From the NCBI RefSeq assembly GCF_006345805.1, contig NC_043000.1, positions 20,150,001-20,214,000 on the forward strand: a stretch of 64,000 bases of DNA, read 5' to 3'. The stretch's first letter is position 1. Every line of letters starts with the position of its first letter. The notes beneath the pieces were generated by a model. It searched no databases, was not told where the DNA came from, and saw only the letters and a list, made by a program, of their open reading frames with translations. The translations under genes were made by a program, and so were the position numbers. The DNA is from Octopus sinensis (taxonomy: Eukaryota). Shown piece by piece: positions 11,263 to 22,439 of the stretch.

Positions 11263-11559
11263 TATTTGTTTATGAATCTGTGTTGTAAGATTCCCGATGT
11301 CAAACTGTGCGTTGAAACAGATATTGTATTTCGGAACGGTCTTTTCTTTTCTTTTTTGACAGGTGAGATACTCTGAGATACAGGAACGGTACCAAAAGTT
11401 GGGTCTAAGGGCAGCAGCAGCGACAACGGAGCGGAGGTGGTGCGGAGACGGCACTGTTTGGAGGATCATAGTGCTATTAAGAACATGACACTCATACATA
11501 TACACACATGTACACACACACACACACACACACACACCACATACACAAATACACAAAGG

Positions 11560-11762
11560 CTAGTGCATATAAGAAAAACAGAATTGAATAAGCGGAGCAG
11601 ATGCACAAACGAAGATGCAAAGTGTCACTGAAGAGGTCACAGATGTGTGGCGAAAGTTTCCCGGAGAATGGAGATAAGTTAGAATAAGAATAGTGAAGAA
11701 CGAATATATAGTGCGTTCGTTTTTTTGGCAAAAGCAAAATGACACTCCCGAAATACAATATA
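11560..11762 (-). mobile_element. Fragment of dispersed repeat X (related to 56540-56760)
   Basis: The reverse complement TATTGTATTTCGGGAGTGTCATTTT...CACACATCTGTGACCTCTTCAG aligns by eye to TTGATTTCGGAACGGTCATTTT...CACACACCTGTGACCCCCTTCAG. Confidence 0.6.
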
Positions 11763-11854
11763 TATAATATATATAGAGAGAGGATAGATAGATAATAGAT
11801 AGATAGACAGCAGATAGATAAAACTTATATATATATGTATACATATATATATAT

Positions 11855-11920
<66 letters not shown>

Positions 11921-12671
11921 TATATATTACATACATACATATATGCACATACATACATATACATGTATAACATATGCATATATGGGTACAGGATGTCATA
12001 GAACATAAACAACATGAACAACGAAAGAAACAAATGGAAAACAAGACAAGCAACATAAAGAACGACCTTTCATCAGTTGTCGACTGTTTTTCTCCTCCGT
12101 ATTTCAAGCGATTCACGACAAGGTACCGCTTCGACTAAACAGTGGCTCCCAAAACCAAATTAAATAAAATTTGGCTTCTGCGGAGGATCAAGGTTAGTAA
12201 CAAAAGTAGGACAGGGAAACAAACAGGGAGGCCTGCTAAGCCATAACGAGATGAGGTGTGAACGCTGAAGGTACAAGCTTTGACAAGAGACAGACAAGAA
12301 TGCGTCTGATCCCTGCCGCTGATCGTAAGGAAAGAAACTCAAGTTAGGAAAATAAATATAGCCGATGGTCACGTGCGAGCAACGAGAGTGCAAAGGAGGA
12401 AGAGTGAGGGAGAGAGTGACAGATAGAGAACGGCGAAGGGGAGAGGAAAAGAATTAATGAAAGGATGATAGAGAAAAAACGAAAGGTGGAGAAGGGGAGA
12501 TAAAAAGAATTACAGAAAGGAAGAAAGAGGAAACAAAAGGAGAAAAAGAAAGAGAAATAAGAATAGAGATAGTAATAGTAATAGTAATAGAACAATAAGA
12601 GTCGCATCGAAATTATTACGATAAAACTCACTTGGAAGTGGATGCGTGGCGTTCAATCATTTAATAATGTA

Positions 12672-12739
<68 letters not shown>

Positions 12740-12750
12740 TATATATATAG

Positions 12751-12785
<35 letters not shown>

Positions 12786-12913
12786 TATACATATATATAT
12801 ATATACATACTACATATATATATATTATATGTATGAATCTTAGAGTAGCAAGAATATTCATAGAAAAATTCTTAGTTACCAGTGGTCTAGCGAGAAAGAA
12901 AAAATTAGTCAAA

Positions 12914-13092
12914 GAAGAATAGAGTGTACTTTCAGACACAAAGGAGATACCCGAAGAATAGGATATCTGACTCGCTGGAAAGAACAGTTAAAAGAGCAGA
13001 TGTGGCTCGGAGTTTTAACTGCTCTTTCTAGCGAGTCAGATATCCTATTCTTAGGGTATCTCTTTTGTGTTTGAACGTACACTGTATTCTTC
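12914..13092. repeat. 179-bp near-perfect hairpin (fold-back/MITE-like)
   Basis: 80-bp arms (12914-12993 and 13013-13092) with 7 mismatches and a 19-nt loop. Confidence 0.9.
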
Positions 13093-13249
13093 TATGTATA
13101 AGTATATGTATATGTGTGTTTTTGGGGGGGTATACATACGATAATATAAGAGAGGTGGAGTAAGAGTTCTACACCTGATTTGGTGGATAAATATCCTTTA
13201 TATAAGGATTAACTATTCTACCAATCATTTCCTGCAGAAAAAATTTCCA

Positions 13250-13668
13250 AGGCGCAGGAGTGGCTGTGTGGTAAGTAGCTTGCCTACCAACCACATGGTT
13301 CTGGGTTCAGTCCCACTGCGTGGCATCTTGGGCAAGTGTCTTCTGCTATAGCCTCGGGCCGACCAATGCCTTGTGAGTGAATTTGGTAGACGGAAACTGA
13401 AAGAAGCCTGTCGTATATATGTATATATATGTATGTATGTGTATGTATATGTTTGTGTGTCTGTGTTTGTCCCTCTAGCATTGCCTGACAACCGATGCTG
13501 GTGTGTTTACGTCCCCGTCACTTAGCGGTTCGGCAAAAGAGACCGATAGAATAAGTACTGGGCTTACAAAGAATAAGTCCCGGGGTCGATTTGCTCGACT
13601 AAAGGCGGTGCTCCAGCATGGCCGCAGTCAAATGACTGAAACAAATAAAAGAATAAAAGAGTAAAAGA
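13250..13668 (+). mobile_element. SINE-B (tRNA head, CORE-like, internal microsatellite), full length
   Basis: AGGCGCAGGAGTGGCTGTGTGG...GGGTTCAGTCCC, CTTGGGCAAGTG (CORE-like), tail GGCGGTGCTCCAGCATGGCCGCAGTCAAATGACTGAAAC plus (AAAAGAG/T)n. Probably the octopus OR-type CORE-SINE (from memory). Confidence 0.92.
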
Positions 13669-13954
13669 GAACCTAGTGAATTCTCAAATTTTCATCTAAA
13701 ATTGAGGCGATTACGAGCAATCTTAAGTAGACCGCCGGAAAACCGTGGAAATTTTTTCCTCATAAAACCATTGGTAGCATCGTTGATCCGTTAGTTCACA
13801 ATGTGTGTGTGTATGCATGTGTATGTGTGTGTGTATGTAAGAATGTATGTACGAATGAATGGATGGGTGGATAGATGGATGGATGAATGAATGGATGCTT
13901 GTGTTTGTCTGTGTGTGTGTGTGTAATGTCGATACGTTTGTGTTTGAGGGATGT

Positions 13955-14054
13955 NNNNNNNNNNNNNNNNNNNNNNNNNNNNNNNNNNNNNNNNNNNNNN
14001 NNNNNNNNNNNNNNNNNNNNNNNNNNNNNNNNNNNNNNNNNNNNNNNNNNNNNN
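13955..14054. other. Assembly gap (100 N)
   Basis: Run of N. Confidence 1.
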
Positions 14055-14612
14055 TCTACACAACGGTTTCGGGTATGAAGTTACTGATATCAATGATACT
14101 GATCGTGTTTATTTTACAGTTACCTATTTGATATATGGCTATAGTTATTGTTAATTGTTATAATGTGGATCCTCCTCCTCTGGTATGATATTGTCGGCAC
14201 TGTAATATTCTTGTCACCACTATTATATCGTGGCGGTATTCCGCATCTTATTATCTTTGACTCGTCTATCGTGCTAGCGCTGATAGCTTCACAAGACAAT
14301 GACTTTGAAACGTCTACCTTGACATTAACTCGAACTCGTATATCACATAACTGACACTGACTCCAACTGAGAACTCGTACAACGACTCTACTACTACTGA
14401 TCTCTTACAACGACTGACGGTCTGACTTTATTGTGACTGCTTCATACTACTTTGTCTCATGGGAAGGGGTGTACCATTTCCACTACAACATTAATTAAAT
14501 CCAGATCGACTCTTATCCGGCAGCAGTATGACAGAATACATTCCAGCCATTCTAGGATTGCATTATGTTATTCAATATGTCTTTCTTTTCTCAATGTAGT
14601 AATTTGAGGGAG

Positions 14613-14988
14613 GGAGGCACAATGGCCCAGTGGTTAGGGCAGCGGACTCGCTGTCGGAGGATCGCGGTTTCGATTCCCAGACCGGGCATTGTGAGTGTTT
14701 ATTGAGCGAAAACACCTAAAGCTCCACGAGGCTCGGCAGGTGAACCCTGCTGTACTCTTTCACCACAACTTTCTCTCGCTCTTTCTTCCTGTTTCTGTTG
14801 TATCTGTATTTCAAAGGGCCAGCCTTGTCACAATCTGTGTCACGCTGACTCTCCTCGAGAACTACGTTAAGGGTACACGTGTCTGTGCAGTGCTCAGCCA
14901 CTTGCACGTTAATATCACGAGCAAGCTGTTCCGTTGATCGTATCAGCTGGGACCCTCATCGTCGCAACCGACGGAGTGCTCCTACTAC
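14613..14988 (+). mobile_element. SINE-D, full length with 13-bp TSD
   Basis: Head GGAGGCACAATGGCCCAGTGG...TTCGATTCCC and (CTA)n tail. TSD TAATTTGAGGGAG at 14600-14612 and 14989-15001. Confidence 0.93.
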
Positions 14989-15139
14989 TAATTTGAGGGA
15001 GATTTGGTGGTTATTTCAAACAGGTCGAACGTCCACTTTGGGTTTTATTTAAGGGATTGGTGTTGACACGAATGATTGAGGGCAGATATTAATGATAGTT
15101 TGGAGTGAAGTAGTGTTGGAGCTGGCCGTTCATATTGGC

Positions 15140-15782
15140 AATATTCTTCTCTACTAAAGGTACAAGGCCTGATATTTTGAAGGAGGAGGCTAGTCTGTTA
15201 TATTGACCCCAGTACTCAACTGGTACTTATTTCATCAACCCCGAAAGGATGAACGGCAAAGTCTACCTCGGTGGCATTTGAACTTAGAACGTAAAGACGA
15301 ACGAAATGCCGCTAAGAATTTTGTCCACCGTGCTAACAATTCTGCCAGCTTGCCACCATAAATAGTGATGGTAATATTGATTTCCAATTTCGGCACAAGG
15401 CCAGCAATTTCGATGAAAGAGAACAAGTCATTTCCATCAATCCCAGTGCTCAACTGGTGTTTACTTTATCGATATCGACAAAGTCAACTTTGCAGAATTT
15501 GAACTTAGAATGTAAAGACAAACGAAATTCCGTTAAGCAATTTGTCCGCCGTGTTAACGATTCTGCCAGCTTACCGCCATAAATACTGATGGTAATACTG
15601 GTTTCCAATTTTAGCACAAGGCCAGAAATTTCGGCGAAGTTTAAACGGCACTTATTTATCGATCCGGAAAGGGAGAGAGGCAAAGTTGACCTAGGTGGTA
15701 TTTGAACTCAGAACGTAAAGACGGAAGAAATGCCTCTAAGCATTTGGCTCGGCATGCTAACGATTCTGCTAGCCCGCCGCCA
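15140..15782 (-). mobile_element. Three head-to-tail decayed SINE-A copies
   Basis: Period ~220 bp. The spacer AT(A/G)(A/T)ATA(G/C)TGATGGTAAT follows each head. Confidence 0.8.
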
Positions 15783-15811
15783 TGTATAGTGATGGTAATT
15801 TTAGAAGTGGT

Positions 15812-16035
15812 GAAAGCAACGAGCTGGCAGAATCGATAGTATGCTGAACAAAACGCTTAACGATTGTTCTTCCGGCTCCTTAGATTCTGAGTTCAAACCC
15901 CGTCGGAGTCAACTTCGCCTTTTATCCATTTGATTGGATCTAGAAAATAAAGTACAAACCAAGTTCTGAGATCGATGTAGTCGACTTGCCCCCTCTCCTC
16001 AAAATTGCTGGTTTCGCGCCGAAATCAGAAAGAAA
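15812..16035 (+). mobile_element. Decayed SINE-A
   Basis: GAGCTGGCAGAATCG...GAGTTCAAACCC...CCTTTTATCC...AAAATTGCTGG tail. Confidence 0.75.
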
Positions 16036-16104
16036 TATCAGGAGCGGTGGAACTATCGTTGGTGATGTAGTACAGAAAAATAGATAATGAAAATAGAATG
16101 CAAA

Positions 16105-16114
16105 TGAGAGTGAA

Positions 16115-16157
<43 letters not shown>

Positions 16158-16266
16158 GAAGAAAGGAAGAAAAGAAAGAAAGAAAGAAAGAAGGAAGAAA
16201 GGAAAAAAGAAAGAGAAAGAAAGAAGAGGAAGGAAGGAGAAAAGAAAGAAAGAACGAAAGAAGAAA

Positions 16267-16298
<32 letters not shown>

Positions 16299-16330
16299 AA
16301 AAGAAAGAAAGAAAGAAAAAAGAAAGAAAA

Positions 16331-16370
<40 letters not shown>

Positions 16371-16372
16371 AG
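16105..16372. repeat. (GAAA)n purine tract
   Basis: Read directly. Source of the KKER/SFFL ORFs. Confidence 0.97.
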
Positions 16373-16624
16373 GAAATACTGTCGCTGCATTCTATGTAGT
16401 AAAGAATTTAGTGGAAAAGATGGAGGAAGATAGGGAGCGAAAAGATACAATCTAACATGGCGAGAAAGACTGCTCTATAGAATAGAGCCATCTTTCTCGA
16501 TCCAGCGATAACTGGACGGCTTTCTACATACAGATAAGATGGAGAGCCAGCGGCAAAATACAGAGAATGAGAGAGAGCTTCATATGTGTGTGTGTATGTG
16601 TGTGCGTGCGCGCGCGCGTGTATG

Positions 16625-16790
16625 TGCGAGGTGGGGCCGAGGAATTAAGAAACTCGCTTTGCAGGCACGTAGTTTTGAGTTCAATCCCAGTACTCGACCC
16701 CATAGACAAGAGTCTTTTACTATAGCCCCTGGCCGACGAATGACTTTTTGGTAGATGGAAACTATGTGGAAGCCCGTCGTATATATATAT
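16625..16790 (+). mobile_element. Degenerate SINE-B 5' half
   Basis: GAGTTCAATCCC...CTATAGCCCCTGGCCGAC...GGTAGATGGAAACT...GAAGCCCGTCGTATATA. Confidence 0.7.
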
Positions 16791-16794
16791 ATAT

Positions 16795-17185
16795 TTTTAT
16801 ATACAAAAGTGAAGTTGTGTGCTGTCTGTCTCCTACGATCTAGATTCCTAACTACTCCCACATTTTGCGGTGAAGTTAAACCAAAACCGGGTATCTTATA
16901 GTCGTGATTCATATCGAGCCCTTCTGGGTATTAGCGCGCATCTACGATGAGTCTACGATTTAAAAAAAATTTACCATCAATTTTTCCCATTTTTAATGCA
17001 TTTTCGGCATATATAAGGGAAGCAACTCTCAAAAGGTTATTATTAAATCTCAGAACGTAAAAAGCTACAGTAACCCCCCCCCCTTGTGGTTAGCCAAATT
17101 GAGATGGCTATTATACTTTACATCTCTAAAATGCTTATATAGTTATTTCCCTTACAAATCCGAGCAACGCCGGGCGATACTGCTA

Positions 17186-17186
<1 letters not shown>
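16795..17186 (+). mobile_element. Non-autonomous Helitron-type element
   Basis: 5' TATATACAAAAGTGAAG. 3' GC-rich hairpin CCGAGCAACGCCGGG, then CGATACTG, then CTAG|T. Flanked by (TA)n. Confidence 0.6.
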
Positions 17187-17229
<43 letters not shown>

Positions 17230-17287
17230 CGGGAAGCTTATGAAAATAGACAAAAGACGAAGGCAGGTGGAAACAAACAAACAATTG

Positions 17288-17374
<87 letters not shown>

Positions 17375-17385
17375 ATATATGTATG

Positions 17386-17424
<39 letters not shown>

Positions 17425-17428
<4 letters not shown>

Positions 17429-17585
17429 GGCGGGCTTCTTTCAGTTTCTGCCTACTAAATCCACTCACAAGGCTTTGGTCGGCCCGAGGCTATAGTAGAA
17501 GACATTTGTCCAAGGTGCCATGCAGTGGTATTGAACACAGAACCAATTGTTTGGTTAGCAAGCTATTTACCACACTCCTGCGCCT
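17425..17585 (-). mobile_element. SINE-B 5' half
   Basis: Head, CORE-like segment and GAAAGAAGCCCG, ending in (TA)n. Confidence 0.85.
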
Positions 17586-17849
17586 ATAATCAAATATTAT
17601 TAGGAATTTTGTTTTTAAAAAATTCGATTTTGTATCTGCTTTGCAAGAGTCTTGATGTGAATCCGAGTGTTGAAAAAAATTTTGTTGTGTCATGGAAGAG
17701 TCAGTATGCCAATATTAATAACACACTCACTGGTTCAATTAGACATCAGAGCACATTGTCCTTCAGCGTCTTGCTAACTTGACTAGATCTTATTCTACTT
17801 CGTTTTTGTATCTGACTTGCAACATTCTTGATATGAATCCGTGTTGAAA

Positions 17850-18077
17850 CAAATTTTGTTTTGTCTAGAGAGAGAGTCATCATGCCAATATTATTAACAA
17901 ATGCACTGGTTCAATTCCACTCCGTAATTATTAGTCAATTGGTTAAATCACCATATTAAACAAGCAATCAGTTAGTTGGATATTTAACCATCTGACTAAT
18001 AATAAAGGAATGAAATTGCACCAGTGCGTGTGTTAATAATACTGGCAAAATGACTCTCCTCAGACAACAAAATTTTT
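17850..18077. repeat. Long imperfect fold-back (arms ~100 bp)
   Basis: 17850-17953 aligns to the reverse complement of 17977-18077 at roughly 80% by eye. A third, direct, partial copy lies at 17629-17740. Confidence 0.85.
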
Positions 18078-18137
18078 TTTAAATTGCAAAAATATTTTGT
18101 GCATCGTAAAAGCATAACCAATTTATTGTACCTAAAT

Positions 18138-18353
18138 TTTCTTTTCTACTCTCGGCACAAGACCCGAAATATTGGGGGAGGGGGCCAGTCGATTAGATCG
18201 ACCGCAGTACACAACTGGTACTTAATTTATCGACCCCGAAAGGATGAAAGGCAAAGTTAACATCGGTGGAATTTGAACTCAGAATGTAAAGACAGATGAA
18301 ATATCACTAAGTATTTCGCCTAGTGGGCTAACGTTTCTACTAGCTGGCCTCCT
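18138..18353 (-). mobile_element. SINE-A monomer
   Basis: Head, core and CTTGTGCCGAGAGTAGAAAAG tail. Confidence 0.88.
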
Positions 18354-18753
18354 TATTGTACCTAAATATTAACAACAAAACCTGATGTGAACTACCAAGG
18401 GTCATATGGACTCGGTTGAGAAACACTGCTCAGCACAAATTCAGTCAGTATATAAGAAACAGCTCAGAAGACAAATATATTCAATTCAAATCTTGATAAC
18501 GAAACTGTGAAGATCTAGAAATGTCGTTTCTGGGTTACGGAAAACTACTGTCAAACACCACCACTATCACAATAAAAAGAAAAAAATTCTAAAGTGCTAA
18601 TGGGGAAATATGAAAACTATAAAATAAAGAGAAAAATTAAACATTGTCATATATTTAGTGAGATACACAAGTGCGTACAAACATACGCGTATACGTATGT
18701 ATGTATGTACGTATGTAATACGTACATACACTTATATATATACATACTTATAT

Positions 18754-19053
18754 CTTTCTTTTTTTTTCTTTTTTTTTTTGACCAGACCATCAGATGTTGT
18801 TACACATCGCTGGTCACAATGCGTTCGCATTGTTTTAGCCTTCGAATGACGCCACCCCGCTGGCTAAGCGAGCAGGCCAACAGAACAAAGAGTGGGAGAA
18901 AGAGCGGTGAAAGAGTACAGCAGGGATCACCACCCCCTGCCAGAGCCTCGTGGAGCTTTTTAGGTGATTTCGCTCAATAAACACTCTGGGAATCGAAACC
19001 GCGATCCTGTGACCGCGAGTCCGCTGCCCTAACCACTAGGCCATTGCGCTTCC
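18754..19053 (-). mobile_element. SINE-D-headed element with an alternative tail, 12-bp TSD
   Basis: D head and core. Tail GGCCTGCTCGCTTAGCCAGCGGGGTGGCG...GATGGTCTGGTC plus an A-rich end. TSD ACATACTTATAT at 18742-18753 and 19054-19065. Confidence 0.88.
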
Positions 19054-19085
19054 ACATACTTATATACATATTAGTATTATTATAT

Positions 19086-19305
19086 AAAGGCAGTGATTGA
19101 GCAGAATCGTTAGCACGTCGGACAAAACACTTAGCGTACTTCGTCCGTGTTTCGATCTGAGTTCAAATTCTCCCAAGGTCGATTTTCCTTCTCATCTTTT
19201 TAGGTTCGATAAAATAAGTACCAGCTGACTACTGGAGTTGGTGTAATCGACTAGAGCCTATTCACATTAAAATATCATTCTTGTGCCTATTAGAGAAAGG
19301 ATTAT
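19086..19305 (+). mobile_element. Decayed SINE-A
   Basis: GCAGAATCGTTAGCACG...GAGTTCAAATTC...CTTGTGCCTATTAGAGAAAG. Confidence 0.8.
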
Positions 19306-19762
19306 CAATATTGTATTATATTATATATAATTGTGTGTGTGTATGAAGAGAGAGAGAGAGTAGAGGCAGGTATACTATAGAATTGAGGGATTAAAGAGAG
19401 ACAACGGAAACTAGAAAGAAAAGCAGATAGAAAGAAGGAAAAAGGAGAGGAAGATTCTATAGAATATGGAGGATAAAGATAGAACGATAACGACAAAGAG
19501 AGGCAGCATAAGTAGAGTGAAAGAGAGAGGAAGAAGGCAAGAGAGTGCGGCGGTTGGGAGGTGGAGAATAGGAAGATTGTATATTCTATAGAACACGGAA
19601 GCCAAAAGACATGTGCTGATCTGCGCATTATTGATTATTTCATAAAGATAGCAGAATGGAGTGCTGCTGCCGTTGCTACTGCGATTGCTGCTGATGGTGA
19701 TGCTGCTGTTGTTTTTATTATGCAGGTGTTTGTAATTGCTGTATTTGTTGTTGTTGTTGTTA

Positions 19763-19833
<71 letters not shown>

Positions 19834-20149
19834 TCTGTTAATTGATGTAGCAATAGTTATCGTTGTTGTTGTTCTTGTTCTTGTTCTTGTGTCTTTCTAC
19901 TGTGTGGCGTGTTTATGAATCTATCAACAGTTTTATGGAATCATCAGATTCCACGATGAAGTATTGAGGTCAGACAGTCTTCAGGTAGTGTTTGCGTTGT
20001 GTGCTGTGTTATGTTATATGTTGCATGGTGTAGCGTGGAGCGGCGCGGCACGGCGCGGCGCGGTGTGGTTTGGTGAGGTTTTACGTAGTGTGCCGTTACA
20101 TAGAGTTTCTGTTGTGTGATGGTGTCACATTTAGTGTTGTACTCTCTTT

Positions 20150-20575
20150 ATTCTTTACTCTTGTACTCTTTTACTTGTTTCAGTCATTTGGACTGCGGCT
20201 ATGCTGGAGCACCGCCTTTCGTCGAGCAAATCGACCCCAGGACTTATTCTTTGTAAGCCTAGTACTTATTCTATCGGTCTCTTTTGTCGAACCGCTAAGT
20301 TACGGGGACGTAAACACACCAGCATCGGTTGTCAAGCGATGTTGGGGAGGACAAACACAGACACACAAACATATACACACACATACATATATATATATAC
20401 ATACATATATACGACGGGCTTCTTTCAGTTTCCGTCTACCGAATCCACTCACAGGGCTTTGATCGGCCTGCGGCTATAGTAGAAGACACTTGCCCAAGGT
20501 GCCACGTAGTGGGACTAAACCCGGAACCATGTGGTTCGTAAGCAAGCTAATTACCACGCAGCCACTCCTACGCCT
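20150..20575 (-). mobile_element. SINE-B, full length
   Basis: Reverse complement matches 13250-13668 along its length. Confidence 0.92.
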
Positions 20576-20685
20576 ACTGTGCACCATAGTGTTATATAAA
20601 GTAGGATAGTATAGTAGAGAAGTGTAGTAGTCTAACGTAGTTTGTTAGAGTGGCAGTTAGTAATGGTACGGTAATGCGTACAGGG

Positions 20686-20947
20686 TGGAGGCGCGTGGCT
20701 TAGTGGTTAGGGTGTCAGCATCATGATCGTAAGATTGTGGTTTCGATTCCTTGACCGGGCGACACGTTGTGTTCTTGAGCAAAACACTTCATTTCACGTT
20801 GCTCCAGTCAACTCGGCTGGCAAAAATGAGTACCGCTGCGATGGACTGGCGTCACCTCCGTCTGGGGAACACATACATCATAGAAACCGAGAAACCGCGC
20901 CCATGAGCCTGGCTAGGGTTTAAAAGGGCGCATTTTTTTTATTTTTT
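20686..20947 (+). mobile_element. SINE-C (tRNA head, CORE-like, V-domain-like), 14-bp TSD
   Basis: GGAGGCGCGTGGCTTAGTGG...TTCGATTCC, TTGAGCAAAACACTT, CTGCGATGGACTGGCGTC. TSD TAATGCGTACAGGG at 20672-20685 and 20948-20961. Confidence 0.9.
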
Positions 20948-21061
20948 TAATGCGTACAGGGAGTTTGGGCTAAATTTGGCGGTTTTCATAGAAAGAAAAT
21001 AAACCACAATATCCTATCGAAAAATAAAAGTATTTTAAAAAGTCAAAAATATCAAATAAGT

Positions 21062-21346
21062 GCAAGAGTGGCTGTGTCGTAAGTAGCTTGCTTACCAACC
21101 ACATGGTTCAGGGTTCAGTCCTACTGCGTAGCACCTTGGCCAAGTGTCTTCTACTATACCATCGGGCCGATCAAAGCCTTGTGAGTGGATTTGGTTGATG
21201 GAAACGGAAAGAAGCCCGTCGTATGTGTGTGTGTGAGCAAAAGAGAATCGATAGAATAAGTCCTGGGGTCGATATGTTCGACTAAAGGTGGTGCTCCAGC
21301 ATGGCCGCAATCAAATGACTGAAACAAGTAAAAGAAAAAGATAAAA
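21062..21346 (+). mobile_element. SINE-B with internal deletion
   Basis: Head, core and full tail. The segment after the microsatellite is missing. Confidence 0.88.
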
Positions 21347-21364
21347 GAAAGGTTAGGGTTGGGA

Positions 21365-21610
21365 GATAACTGTTTTCTCAAAGTAGTAGCTATAAGCTTC
21401 CACTGTAGCCTGAAGACGGACCCAGAACCTAGCGCATACTTCCCTCATTGTGTCTCCGAGATCTTCAAACGCTTCTTCGATCTTGGCCCCCAGATCGGCC
21501 TTGGCGTTGCCGGCAGAGCGATTGTTGTCTTTCTCAACCGTACTTCTCGCATAGTAATCCATGAGATTACAATCGGGTGAATTAGGAGGCCAGAAACTGG
21601 GGCTGATGAC
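21365..21610 (-). pseudogene. Tc1/maT-like transposase C-terminal fragment
   Basis: FWPPNSPDCNLMDYY...AKIEEAFEDL...CARFWVRLQATVEA..YFE. WPPNSPD is the Tc1-type motif before the third catalytic residue. Confidence 0.85.
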
Positions 21611-21616
21611 AGAAAC

Positions 21617-22000
21617 GAGCAGGCAGAAACGTTAGCACGCCGGGCGAAATGCTTAGCGGTATTTCGTCTGCCTTTACGTTCTGAGTTCAAATTCCGCCGA
21701 GGTCGACTTTGCTTTTCATCCTTTCGGGGTCGATTACATAATTACCAGTTACGCACTGTCTGTTCTTGTTTGTCCTCTCTGTGTTTAGCCCCTTATGGGT
21801 AGTAAAGAAATAGGTATTTCGTCTGCCGCTACGTTCCGAGTTCAAATTCCGCCGAGGTCGACTTTGTCATTCATCCTTTCGAGGTCGATTAAATAAGTAC
21901 CATTTACGCACTGGGGTCGATATAATCGACTTAATCCGTTTGTCTGTCCTTGTTTGTCCCCTCTTTGTTTAGCCCCTTGTGGGTAGTAAAGAAATAAGAA
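21617..22000 (+). mobile_element. SINE-A dimer
   Basis: Junction GAAATAGGTATTTC at 21807-21820. Confidence 0.9.
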
Positions 22001-22439
22001 ACTGGGGTTGATGGAAAAAGAAATTCTCCGACAACCATTGCTGATTCTTTCAGGATGTACAGCAAGGAGCCGAACCCTGCTGTGACACACATAAGTCCTT
22101 CCAGCAGCGACCCTCTCCATCTAGGTTTAGACCAGTCTCCTGCAATTTCACATTACCGTCTGAGTTGAGACTAAGACCTTGTTCAAAGTTGTGAGGATGC
22201 ATTGTGGCGTGCAGACAGAAAGCCAATTGCGTCCATTCCTGCTATCCGCGGCCTCGTAGTCTCCGTTGCAACTGTTATATCTTACAGCCTTTATAGTGTA
22301 CACATAGCATTAAGCAATAGTCATGATGTCGGCATTTTAACATCCGGCGCGAATTGTCATGATACAGGGGAAATATTCTCCAATATTCAGATGACTCCAG
22401 TCCTCAATGTATAAGCTAAGCGTCTTGTTATTTTCTCTT

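Noticed and set aside
12061-12085. CTGATGA on the minus strand (also ~47611-47630 and at 21603 on plus)
   Set aside because: No pairing stem II followed by GAAA, so not a hammerhead as it stands.
12210-12330. Possible RTE 3' remnant (GRPAKP*RDEV...ALTRDRQE)
   Set aside because: Too short and decayed to call.
13791-14154. ORFs crossing the N run
   Set aside because: Artefact of the assembly gap.
21351-21364. TTAGGG-like sequence
   Set aside because: Single copy, not a telomeric array.
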